From Octopus sinensis (taxonomy: Eukaryota): a stretch of 64,000 nucleotides of DNA. The stretch lies in the NCBI RefSeq assembly GCF_006345805.1, contig NC_042997.1, forward strand, positions 110,918,001 through 110,982,000, read 5' to 3'. Positions within the stretch are counted from its first letter, which is position 1, and every line of letters starts with the position of its first letter. Of the stretch, positions 26,111-38,329 are shown piece by piece. The translations under genes were made by a program, and so were the position numbers. The notes under the pieces were generated by a model. That model was not told the DNA's origin. It saw only the letters and a program-made list of their open reading frames with translations, and did no database searches.

Positions 26111-26858
26111 CACTTGGTAGCAAGGTTGTGAAGTAAAACATCTTGTTTTAACCAGCATCCTTTAAATCTTAATCCTTCTGTTACTGTATTTCTTTCAATT
26201 ACTTTAAATATAACAAAGAATTTACCGTTCTATATTTAAGAGATGAGGAATTATGTACATTATTTACATATGGCAGATATTTGTCCTCATCGTAGTGGTC
26301 AAGAGCGCGGGCTACTAACCCCAAGATTCCGAGTTCAATTCCAAACTAAGTTACTTTACTAAATTCTTTGTTCATTATGTACATTATTTACATTTGACGG
26401 ATATTTCTCCTCATCTTGTTTGTTGTTAACACAACGTTTTGGCTGATATACCCTCCAGCCTTCATCAGGTGTCTTGGGGGAATTTCGAACCCGGGTTCTC
26501 ATTCCTAAAGCAGTTTTTGATGTTGTTGCTGTTATTATTATTATTCTATGTTTGACTTTTGCTTTATGTTTGTACAAGTTGGCTCCAAGTCTCACCCAGA
26601 GACCTCAAGAGACAACAGGTTGGAAGTTCACGTTGTTGTTATGCCTAGTGTGCCATATATTTGGGGGTTTTTTTGTGTTGTACTAGTGAATGTCTAATAA
26701 ATAAAAAGAAATATGTGTGTGTTTGTATGTATGTATTGTATATCTATGTGTGTGTGTGTGTGTGTTTATGTTCAATTATAATAAAAACAACTTTATTTTA
26801 ATCTGATGGGTTACTCTATATTTTTGTGGAGTACAAATATATTATTCGTATACAAGAA

Positions 26859-26960
26859 TGTTGTTGATAGTGACTTCGAAGTTTCAACCAGCTTAGCCAT
26901 CGTCGGACACTGCCGACGATAGCTTAGCAGGATGAAACTTCGAAGTCACTATCAGTAACA
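26859..26960. repeat. ~100-nt imperfect hairpin
   Basis: tgatagtgacttcgaagtttca...atcgtcgg-acactg-ccgacgat...tgaaacttcgaagtcactatca. Confidence 0.9.
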
Positions 26961-27021
26961 CTTGTGCATAAGAATATATATATATATATGTATATATAGA
27001 CACACAAACACACACGTAACC

Positions 27022-27131
27022 AAACGAAACCGAAAATCAACAACAATTCCTGTTTCTTATTTAAAGTCCCGATCTCTCTTCTCATTCAGTGAAGTTACAT
27101 TTCGTCGCATTCCCAATCGCCATGGATCCAG
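27022..27131 (+). promoter_or_regulatory. Candidate core promoter and first exon: ISRE-like site, TATA-like box, Inr, splice donor
   Basis: AAACGAAACCGAAAA at 27022-27036, TATTTAAA at 27058-27065, TCAGT with its A at 27088 (30 nt after the TATA T), gccATGG at 27122, CAG|GTATGC after 27131. Region is CpG-retaining. Linkage to the kinase is inferred. Confidence 0.45.
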
Positions 27132-30100
27132 GTATGCTCTTCCCTGTTGACTCGCTTCTTTCCATGGACTCACCAAATATTTATTTCTTGTGTATTTAGA
27201 ACCTTTTCCTCTTTGTCTAACTGTGCACATAAAACCCCATGACTTTATATTGCAGGTGTTTTCAACGAGAAAACGCAATGGTTAAATATACAAGCAGGTT
27301 CACCATTCATTGATGCCTGTGGTACAATAATTTCGCTTTGCGTCAGTTTTTTTTTATTTAACCCCTAGTCAACGTTGATTAGACGTATGATGATCAAAGA
27401 TATTCCAATTGTGACCATCCTGTATATGCAAGAGACTACATTCGCTATATTCGACAGGTCTTTTGCAGAATACCCGAGCAAAATATTGAAAGTAACGTAA
27501 ATATCAATGGAAGGAACCGAGTCAGTAATTTATTTCAGTTTCTCTTGTTTCACTTTTTGTAAGGAAATATATTAATGTTCGTGGTTATCATTCGTATTTA
27601 AAGCATTGAGGAAACATTCTTAGATAAATTGGAGGAAATTTGCAAAGAACATTTCGTTAAAATTTCGAAGTGCTTCTGCACTAATTATGTCTTAAGATAT
27701 TGAGAATGTCGCTCATGTTTATTCTTCTATCAGTGGTACTTGGTCAGGCGAAATACATCAAAATAAGTTTATATTTCAATTGATAATTTTTCTGAAAATC
27801 AAACAAACAGCAATATACTAAACTCATTGGCTAATGAATACGTCCTACTTTCATTATTTTGCTCGGGTATTCTACGAAAGGCCGATTTGGCTGCTATTTC
27901 TAGCAAGTATACCATATAGGGACTCTCAATGACACGCATGTGTTGTTGTTGTTGTTTAGCCTCGAGACCTACGTTCAAAAGTATCCCAGCATCGACCATC
28001 CCGATGTACGGATGCGAAAGACACCTTTATCTAACGTATCATGTTCTTTTGAGGGAGATTTAGCTGCTATTTCAAGCAGCTCGGGCGACTCCCTTCCCTA
28101 ATTTGCTGGTCTCTACTATTCATTGATCACCAACACAAAGCATTACAAATCCCTTTCTTTCTCTCTTTCACTTTATTTATACGTCTCTTTTGTGTATTTC
28201 CATTAAGAGCCACAAACGATATTTCTAATAATTATTTTAATATTTACTTTCCTTAGAAATGCGTTGAGTAACAATCTAAAATGGTTTAATATTGCTCTAA
28301 ATGTTTTCCTCCCAATGTATTAAACACTACAGTTTGTACTTAAAATAACACAAATTCCCGATCTCTGATACATTTTCCCGTGTTACAAATATTTAAGTAT
28401 TTACAAACAAACCCACGAAAATGGAATTGTAGATTTATCTGTTTGTTCTAAAAACACTTTTTTTCTTATTTTCCTGAGCGTGAAATAAATATGGAGAAAA
28501 ACAAATGCATGTGAATAGATAAAAATAAATGAAAATTAGAAGCAGACAGCTGCAATATCCACGGTCGTTGTTGTGTATTTATGTGAGAAAGAAGAATATT
28601 AACATCGATTTAAGGTGCTCCATTAGAAATAGTGGCGATTGTAAAACGGTTTCGTTTTCTTTATACTAAGGTGAAAAGTGAAAATGAAAAATACTGGAAA
28701 TGCGAGAAAAAAAAATAGAAAACGAATATAGACATAGGATGAAATGGGATTTATTATTGACTGATAATATTGTTTTGCTGAAGACTGAGTTTTAGGATTC
28801 ATTATGTTAATTTCCCTCTGGGCCTTTCCCTTACTGTAACAATGGATTATAAACGGTTTTCATTTCTGCTGGAATTCATAACAATATTGTAAGTCATTCA
28901 TTCATTTATTTAAAATACGCCATTTTAATGTGAGGGTGGGGAACAATAACCAGGACACTTTTGAAAAGGGATTTATGGAAATGTTTGATTAATTTAAGGT
29001 GAAATTATTTGATAAAGATACATAATTAACGATGGTTTGGGGAATAGCTGACCCTCGAAGTCCTATACCTTATGGGAACCAAAAAAGCTACGAAAGTAAC
29101 GAAACAAAAATGTTTAAAAAATGGAAAGTTTCGGAAAAAGAGTTCTTCAGAATCGTAATTTCTATTGTGTGAAATATAAATATAAAATATAAAGAGGACT
29201 TTAAAAAAAGGCAATTCCTCTCAAACCTTCCATCTTCATGATTTTATTAGCACAATCTTAATCTTAATCTCTCTCTCTTTCTTTTACACACACATACACA
29301 GTTTAACCTACAAAGTTCATGGCGTACTTTGGGTACGATGTAGTCGCTAAAACCTGTAAGAAAATAGCAGTCAAATCTCTCTCCCCATCGCATCTCTGTG
29401 CCTTAAAGGTCACGTTAAAAAATGTAGACCTACATGCCCTTCAAAAGACGATGTGGTCACGGTTAGAAAGCCTTTGATAATAGGAGGTACTGGCTGATAC
29501 CCTCATTCTCCATAACAAACCACACGGACCACCCACACCAGTGGCTCACAAGATTAAAGTTTATGTTAAATAAATTATACAATGCACAAAATGTTTTAAC
29601 AATTTTTTTCTTTTGTACAATTTCTGATGATATTTAATTAGAAAAAGACAGTAGGGTTTTTTTAAAACATCAAATGCCTATGGGGTCCAGTAGAATAGAA
29701 TCGAAATCAAAGGGTCCATAGGTGAAAAAAAAAACGGTTGAGAGCCACAGCTCCACAACAATAAAAGCCACCAGCCAACCACCATCTACACAAGTTTCTG
29801 CTAATGTTTCTGTCACACACCCTCACTCATTGTCCAAACACATCTATAGCACTAATACTGTTCTGTGATGTTTTTTTCTAAGGGTTGTAATGGATCCTCT
29901 CACAGACGAGGGCATGCATGTCCTGCACTTTCCGTTTCTCTTCTAGCTTTATATGAATCCACCAGTGCCATTATATTCAAGCTAGGTGGTATTAGCTTTG
30001 AGTCTCTAAATCTACACAGGAAAGTTTGATGGTTTGAAAAACGAGCTAGTTTTTGATGGAGTTTCTCTATATGTGTCTATTGAAGTCTAATGTCGGCTCC

Positions 30101-32439
30101 GTACCGATTAGATAATGTAGTTCATATCTGTAGCACCCCTGAATTCTGGCATATAAAAGGGCACCATTCAAGCGTGATCGTTACCAGCGTTGCCTTATTG
30201 GCACCTGTGCCAGTGACATGTGTAAAAAGATTCGAGTGAGGTCATTGCCAGTACCGCCTGACTGGCCCCCGTGCCGGTGGCACTTTAAAAGCACCCATTA
30301 CACTTTCGTCCAACCCATGCTAGCATGGAAAGCGGACGTTAAGCGATGATGATGATGCTGGGTGTGAAGGAAGAGACAATACCTGTGGTCTTTTGCAGGC
30401 AGTCAATGCCAGTAGTGTTCATCTTGGTCCTTTGTTAGATCAGCATTTGCTGGAAAGATATGAGCAGGGAGAAGAAAGGTTGTTCTAGGAGGAAGGAGTG
30501 GACATAGTGATTAATGTGGGACACAACGAGGGGGGGAAGGGAGGGGCTGAGATGAATGGGGAAGGATTGCTTGAGTGGAGGTGATGGTGGTGGTGGTGGC
30601 ACGAGTCCACTTAATTCAGAGGAGCTGAGGCCATTATAGTCAGACAGAGAGATAGGTTGGAGTGCATCTGTGAGTGACTTTATTCTCATCAGTTGTGTAC
30701 TCTTTTCTGGATGCAGTGTAAGACATCAATGTTTGCAGCAGCAGCAACATCTCAGATGTTAGACAAATACTTCATTAAAGGCCTCAACCCCATCATCATC
30801 ATCATCATTTAACATCCGTTTTCAATGTTGGCAACTGTTTGACTGATGGCCAGCACAAAACTGCTTTGGGCCTCATGGAGGTAAAGTGGCTGAGTCCCTT
30901 TCGAGCATGAACTCAAAAGGAACTCAAGCGAGTGGCTGAGTTCCTTTCGAGCATTCCTTTCAAGACCTTTGGCATTATGTCATGCTTAAGAAGAAGACTC
31001 ATCAAGCTGAGCAAAATCACAGTCGTGGCAGGTACCAGTGTGACACAAATGGCACCTGTGCCAGTGGCACGTAAAAGCACCCATTACACTCTTGGAGTGG
31101 TTGGCGTTAGGAAGGGCATCTAGCTGTAGAAAACCATGGAGTCTGGAGCAGTTTTCCGACTTCCCAGCCCTGGTCAAACCATCCAACCCATGCTGGTATG
31201 AACAATGGACGTTAAATGATGATGGGAACTGCACCAGGCCCCAATGTTAGGCTGCACCAAGCTCCAGTCTTCTCTGCAATGGTTTCTATAGCTACAGGGT
31301 CCAGCCCTATGGTTGCTGGTGCCCCAGGAAAGCAGAACAGAATAATAGCTACTAATAGTTTGTTGATGATGATGATGATGATGAGATACATGGTTAGCCA
31401 GATTCCTCTAATGTACCCTGCCTGTGTTTCCAAGCAAATGGTTTGTTCAATTTTTCAAATAGAACAAACCATGTGCCTGGAGCCTGAAAATTGCTTGGAA
31501 GCCACATTATAGGGGTCTCCCTAACCATGTGTCTCAATGGCAAGAAACTATTCTTTTGCTTGTTTCAGTCATTTGACTGTGGCCATGATGGAGCACTGCC
31601 TTTAATCAAACAAATTGACCCCAGGACTTATTCTTTGTAAGCCTAGTACTTATTGGTTTCTTTTGCCAAACCGTTATGTTACAGGGACTTAAAAACACAC
31701 CAACATTGGTTATCAAGCAATGGCAGGGGGACAAACACACACACATATGACAGGCTTCGTTCAGTTTCCATCTACCAAATCCACTCACAGGGCTTTGGTT
31801 GGCCCGAGGCTATAGTAGAAGACACTTGCTCAACATGCCATGCAGTGGGATTGAACCTGCAACTATGTGGTTGGTAAGCAAGCTACTTACCACACAGCCA
31901 CTCCTGTGCCTATTTTTATGTAGTGCTTATTTCTGTACAGTGTACGTTTAAATGATATTGTGCGTTGAATATATGTTGATGATCATACATAGCGTATCAT
32001 ATATATATTGATTTGATTTAGCAATGAGACAAAGAAAGAAAGAAGAGTGAATTTTTGATTGCTGAAAATGAAGAGAACGACTTCATTGTGTCGAATGACT
32101 TAGCACAGGTGTTGAATGATTTAGAAAGGAAACCATATCAAGTGATTAAGTGTAGTACACGCAAAAAAAAGTACATATACAAATAAATGTACTATACTAT
32201 ATGTATTTTGGTAGTGGGTAGCGGTTTTCTTCACTACTTCAAGGAGTGACAACCCTGTCAGACATGAGTCCTGGGTTCAGCTGGCTCCAGCTGACAGTAC
32301 CCGGTATGGGCCCCTAACCAGGGTTACGGAAAGGAGACAACCTTCAAAGAAATCCGGAGTGGAGCCCTGTGGGCGGTTTAGTGTTTGACTCGACACTCTT
32401 CCGGCAGCTCCTGCAACCAAGCTGGTGCCAAACGTAATG

Positions 32440-32552
32440 CTCTGCTGGTGACAAAGGGCCTCTCACTCAGAGTGAAAGGTAGACTGTATGACGCATGTGT
32501 ACGAAAAGCCCTGCTACATGGCAGGGAAACATGGGCTATGATTGATGAGGAC
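32440..32552 (+). mobile_element. Short RTE LINE fragment
   Basis: LLVTKGLSLRVKGRLYDACVRKALLHGRETWA, near-identical to the segment at ~57030-57140. Confidence 0.85.
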
Positions 32553-33545
32553 ATATATATATATATAAGGCAGCATGGGAGCTCTTTCTGTGGTGCCAAC
32601 ACAAGTGCTTTGTGCTCTTTATGTGGCACCAGCACGGTTGCTGCACCCTATTATAATGTGGGTAGCCACGTATCTCCTGTGTCTTTCTCCATCATAGTTT
32701 TTAGCCTCTCAACATCTGGAGTGAATCCCTTTCCCTATCTATTGGAACCCCTCTCAGTTGAGTGCCAGTATCCTGAACTAAAGCTTCCACTCCACTCTGT
32801 AAAGTTGTTGGTGACATGAAGGGTATCCAGCCATAGAAGCAATGTTAAGAAAGAGCTTGATGCAGTCATGCTCGGGCATGTTAGATCCTCTTAAACTGTA
32901 CGCTCTCTGATGGCTTGGAAGGTGGATGTTAAGCAATGATGATGATAGTGGTGGTTTTTTTCTTTTGTCTTTTTTACTTGTTTCAGTCATTAGACTGCGG
33001 CCATGCTGGAGCAATACCTTGAAGAATCATTTTTGTTGAATAAATTGACTCCAATATTTATTTTTGTTTTAAAGCCTGGGTACTTATTCTGTCAGTGTCT
33101 TTTGCTGAACTGCTACGTTACAGGGCTGGAAACACCAACACAAGTTATCACTCACACACACACACACACACACACACATGTACAACAAGCTTCTTTCAGT
33201 TTCCATGTGGGACTGAACCTGGAACCATGTGGTTGGGAAGCAAGCTTCTTAACCACACAGCCACACATGATGATGATGATGTTGCATATTTCTGTACATT
33301 TTGAATTTCTTATTAATTCTTTTTAATTCTTTGTTCTTGTTATTTCAAACAGGGTGATTGCTGAATAAAGCGAAGTGAATCTTAACCTACCGAAACAGGA
33401 GTGATGTATGAACTGTATACGACAATATTTTTCTGTTTTTGCACTGATAACGAAAGTACTGATTTCTATTTGAGTGAACCTTCAACGTGTGTCGATCGGA
33501 CAATATCGAAAATAACTGGACCAATTGAGAAACGCGGCAAAAAAC

Positions 33546-33647
33546 ATGAGTTCCGGACAGTTACGCGAAACCCAAAATTACATCTGGAATGTGAACAATA
33601 TCTTAGGTCGTGGAGCCACAAGTATCGTTTACATGGGACGAAAAAAA
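33546..33647 (+). CDS. TBK1: TBK1/IKK-epsilon-family Ser/Thr kinase, coding exon 1 (MSSGQLRETQNYIWNVNNILGRGATSIVYMGRKK)
   Basis: ATG at 33546, 34 codons, phase-0 donor GTAAGA at 33648. Matches the TBK1/IKKe N-terminus (human [24 protein letters not shown]). A polypyrimidine tract + AG at 33351-33352 could start the exon at 33353. TBK1 versus IKBKE orthology cannot be resolved. Confidence 0.93.
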
Positions 33648-33709
33648 GTAAGATTTCTTTACATTTTAAGTGGAATCTTTTCTGTGTTATTAAAAAACTG
33701 TATCTTGTA

Positions 33710-34845
33710 TCTTATTTACATTTGACGGATATTTGTCCTCATCTTGTTTGTTGTTAACACAACATTTTGGCTGATATACCCTCCAGCCTTCATCAGGTGT
33801 CTTGGGGAAATTTTGAACCTGGGTTCTCATTCCTAAGGTATTTTTCGATGTTATTATTATTATTATTATTATTGTTCAGGTCACTGCTTGGAATCAAACT
33901 TGGAATCTTGGGGTTAGTAGTTTGCACTCTTAACCACTGCACCATATGCCCATGGGCAATTATGGAGTGAATTTTAGGGCTTATAAATCTAATATTTTCC
34001 TATCCTACCTTAATACCTTAATCCCATATGCTACTCATATGTGCACTCAGTCTGCTTAGGAGGTTGTTGTGTCCTAGCATTTGTGCTGCTTCTTTTAGTT
34101 TTCATATTTTCCAGTGGTGTTCTCTGTCTGTTATTTTAACTTCATCCCACAGGGAGAGGTGATCTCCATTTTTCCATACATGATCAGCTATACCTGATTT
34201 ATCAATATCTCCTCGTGTCACAGCTTTGCGATGTTCCTCTACCCTTATTTTGAGGGACAGCATGTTTCGCCTTTGTATAACCTACCACAGCTGCATGGGA
34301 TGGAGTACACGCAGTTTTTGGTCATAATCTCTTCTATTGGTGGTTTTACCTGAAGGAGATATTTGCGAAGTCCTGAATACTGATCTGATGTCATATGGGC
34401 CACATATCTTTTGTATCTTTTCGGAGAGGCCTTTCACATTGGGTAGACAGACAGTGGATAGTTTAGTGGTTTCATCCCCTCTTTTCTTCATAATTGGAGT
34501 GGAGAGTATGCTTTTGGGGTAATTGTTGCTTAATAGATTGTTATTGAGCTTGATCATTTCTTCATGGTGTATATCACGATCGCTGCATATATTCTTTGCT
34601 CGATGATTTAGGCACTGAGTAATCCCTCTCTTTACACTGTATGGATAGTGGGAATTGAAGTTGAGGTATCGTCCAGTGAAGGTCAGCTTGCGGTATACGG
34701 ATGTCTTGAATCCATACTTGGTGTGTGTTATTAATACGTCTAGGAATGCCAGTTGATTGTATTTTTCCTTTTCCATTGTGAACTGTATGGATGGCTTTAT
34801 TGAGTTCACATGATCTAACAGCACTTGGACATCTTCCTGGTGGAC
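33710..34845 (-). mobile_element. Penelope-like element (Poseidon-type): RT C-terminus, GIY-YIG and terminal repeat, in kinase intron 1
   Basis: SIQFTMEKE..LAFLDV..TSVYRKLTFTGRYLNFNSHYP in ORF 34282-35046, followed by a VYSIPCSCG..YKGET-type GIY-YIG start. Confidence 0.9.
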
Positions 34846-35119
34846 AAGAAGAGGGTATTGACAAGAGGAGGGATTAGCTATGGGTTCGCCATTATCACTG
34901 GTAATAGGAAATATACAAATGGAATACTTTGAGAATTTGGCTTTAGGATCAACACTACTAAAGCCAACATTATGAATTGTCCGAAAGCAACCGCAAATCC
35001 TGAGTTGACTTCTGCTCTTCTCTCCATTCTCGTGAAATCGCTTCACCCTTTTTGGATAGACTTGTAACTGATGCCGAAAAACGGATCTTCTATTGAAATG
35101 TTAAACATTGGATCTTCTA

Positions 35120-35749
35120 TTGAAATGTTAAACATCGTAAACAGTGGCTTGGTAAAAGGGAAAAATCTCAACCACAACTAAGAAGGGAACTTCATGGGAA
35201 AAAGGTTCTTCTCTCTATCTGGTGGGATTGCAAAGGAGTAATTCACTTTGAATTGTTACCACCTAATGCAACAATCAATGCTCAAGTCTACTGTCAGCAA
35301 TTAGAGCATTTGAACCAAGCTTTGAAGAAAAAAAGACTCGCTTTAGTGAATCGAAAAGGAGTGATGTTTCATCAGGACAATGCGCGACCCCACACTGTAA
35401 AGATCACATCAGAGAAGATCGAAGAGCTTGGTTGGGAAAAAATTCTTCATCCACCTTATTCTCCAGACCTTGCTCCTTCAGACTACCATTTGTTTTGTAG
35501 TTCACAGGATCATTTGGGGGACATAACTTTCGCAAGCCAGAACGAGTCGAAACTAACATTTCAGAGTTCTTCGCTTTGAAACCAAAAGAGTTTTACATTG
35601 ATGGGATAAAAAAAGCTTGTAAATAGATGGAAGGAAGTCATAGATAATCAGGGAAAGTACATTGATGATTAAATTTCAATTAAATATAACATCTGATCAT
35701 TTGTTTTCTTTATTCAAAATTCGGACAGAACTTATGTGATGACCTGATA
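35120..35749 (+). mobile_element. Mariner transposase 3' fragment with right TIR
   Basis: FHQDNARPH...HPPYSPDLAPSDYHLF (DD34D C-terminal motifs). End gaacttatgtgatgacctga|TA. Confidence 0.92.
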
Positions 35750-36339
35750 CAAATGCAATTAACAGGACATAACAACAGGTGTCTTTCAACTAGGGACAAA
35801 TTAAATTAAATTAAACTGGCATGTGTGGAAGTAAAGCCTTACGGCAGGGACATAAGATTTAACAGGCACAGGGAGGAATATAGATGTTGTACGGATGGTA
35901 GTCAAATCAAGAAAGAAAGGTCAGTCCTGGCCAAATACCAGTCATGTAGGGAGAGAAGAGAGAGAGGTAGAGGCAGAGGGATAGAAGAATTAAGGAGAGG
36001 CAGGAAAAATGTGAAAGAGACAGAGTGAAGTGAAAAAGGAGGGAAAGTGAGCATGAAGAGAAGGCCAGGAAATGTGAAAGAGGGAGAATGAAAGAACAAA
36101 GAGTGGAATGAATGAAGTATGAAAGGGCTGATAGAAAGAAAGAATAAGAGTCGTACAAAATTTATATATATATATAGGCACAGGTATGGCTGTGTAGTAA
36201 GTAACTTGCTTACCAACCACATGATTCTGGGTTCAGTCCCACTGCATGGCACCTTCAGCAAGTGTCTTCGACTATAGCCTCGGGCCAACCAAACCCTCAT
36301 GAGTGGATTTGATAGATGGAAACTGAAAGAAGCCCGTTT

Positions 36340-36394
<55 letters not shown>

Positions 36395-36400
<6 letters not shown>

Positions 36401-37570
36401 GGTTCAGCTTAAGGACAGAGCTGGTGACCTACTTTTGGGATAAACCCATTGTCCTGTCAGATTCAGGTGGATTGATCGGTTCTGGGTAGACCTGCGACCC
36501 CTTTCGGATGAACTAGAGTTCGTTCTAAACACCCCTTAGAGTAAGGAAGAATCTAGTGACAGTGAAGAAGAGGAAGAAGAAAGTAGTGAGAAAGACAGAG
36601 TAAGGAATCTGAGGAGCCTGTCGTGAGAGAATGACAGTGACAGCGTCGATAAAGATAGGCAGATAAGGCCAAGCGGCAATAGAGAGAATATTAGAGCTAA
36701 GAGAGGGATTGAGGGTAGTGACAGAGCAAGAGGGTTTTGGACAGTCGTTATTTGGTCGTCAAAGCGAGCGGTTGGAATTTTAGGAGCGAGGATTTGGGAG
36801 TTCGGGGCAAGAGTTTGGCAAGTTGGAGCTAGCGGTACTGGGAGAGAGGAAGTACAATATGAGGCATTGGCTAATGTAAGGTACGTGAATTGTGTATTGA
36901 TATGTGAAGAAAAAGAAGGAAAAGGAATCGATGTATCGAAATGTTGAAAAGAAATGAGACAGTAAAAAGGAATTCAATGAACAATGTGAATTGAGTAAAG
37001 GACTTGTTGATGTGTCGATTATCGAGTTGTGGTATTTATGTTCAGAATTGTGTTGATACATGTTACAAAAGAAAGTAGAAAAAGACTTTAAAGAACTGTG
37101 AACGTTATTTGTTTAATTGGATTTGAACATTGATTTGTAACGTGAATTATTTGTGACATGAACATTGTATACCTGTTTCTTGCATGTGTTTTCTTTAATT
37201 GTTGTTGTTATTGAACTTGATGTGTTGTTACCGGACGGTTATATTGTATCTGCATGTTGTTAAATACTTTGATCTGTGGTATACCTGTATGATGTATTGA
37301 GTTGTTACTTGCATGTCCTCTTTTAAATGTACCTGATATGTAATTGATGTTGTAACAATTGATTGTCATATAAACTAGTTGTTAAATGTAAGCCAGTTGC
37401 CTTGCCTCTTTGTGTCTCTCTCGATTGCCTCTGTGCTTCTGCTGCTGTTGTTGTTGTTGTTGTTGTATCTCTCTCTCCTCTCCGAGTTTCCATGGCGAAA
37501 ACATTCGCTGCATCGAACGGGCCTGTGTGAGGGATTCCGTAACAGTTCGACAGAGGTCTCCCCCCCTCGT

Positions 37571-37574
<4 letters not shown>
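36395..37574. mobile_element. Probable solo LTR (1180 bp) in a (TA)n tract
   Basis: TGTTG...TAACA termini (TG...CA), ATAT flanks, non-coding. It splits a SINE that starts at ~36177 and resumes at ~38055. Confidence 0.7.
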
Positions 37575-37625
<51 letters not shown>

Positions 37626-37843
37626 TGTGTGTGTGTGTGTGTATATATATGTCTGGTGTGTGTGTGTGTGTATATATATGTCTGTGTGTGTGTGTATGTA
37701 TATATATATGTATGTGTGTGTGTATATATGTCTGTGTGTGTGTATATATATATATGTGTGTGTGGTGTGTGTATATATATATGTGTGTGTGTGTGTATAT
37801 ATATATATGTGTGTGTGTGTGTGTATATATATATGTGTGTATG

Positions 37844-37888
<45 letters not shown>
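37575..37888. repeat. Compound (TA)n/(TG)n microsatellite
   Basis: Direct reading. Source of several spurious YI/CV/HT-rich ORFs. Confidence 0.98.
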
Positions 37889-38329
37889 GCAAAACATTCA
37901 ACACTGAGATTTGAAATCAGATGTCACTACTGTTCATATCATCTATGGATAAATTTTAAAATTGATGATATCACCAGCAGTGACAAAGGTGGATTGCAGG
38001 CAAAATAGCATTAAATAGCTATGAATTATAAATTTGCACAAAGCGTAAGGATTTGGTCCCCACCACCATTGCTTGATAACTTGTTGGTGTGTTTACATTC
38101 CCGTAACTTAGCAATTCAGCAAAAGAGACCGATAGCATAAGCACTAGGCTTATAAAGAATAAGTCCGGGGTCGATTTGCTCTACTAAAGGCAGTGCTCCA
38201 GCATGCCCGCAGTCAAGTGACTAAAACAAGTAAAAGAATAAAAGAATATGTATATAACAAGGGCTGTGATGGCAGAGGACATGCAAAGACTTGAAAGCAG
38301 TGAATCTGTTGTGCTCCACTGGATGTGTC

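Noticed and set aside
28820-28830. NF-kB-like site GGGCCTTTCCC
   Set aside because: Deviates from GGGRNNYYCC on both strands; a single weak match.
33401-33757. 118-aa ORF as the kinase N-terminus
   Set aside because: It is in a different frame from the kinase exon and reads through the donor into the intron; at most an overlapping uORF.
37323-38008. Long ORFs of 165-209 aa on both strands (similarly 358-583, 39843-40347, 42193-42479)
   Set aside because: Translations of TA/CA microsatellites, with no coding signal.
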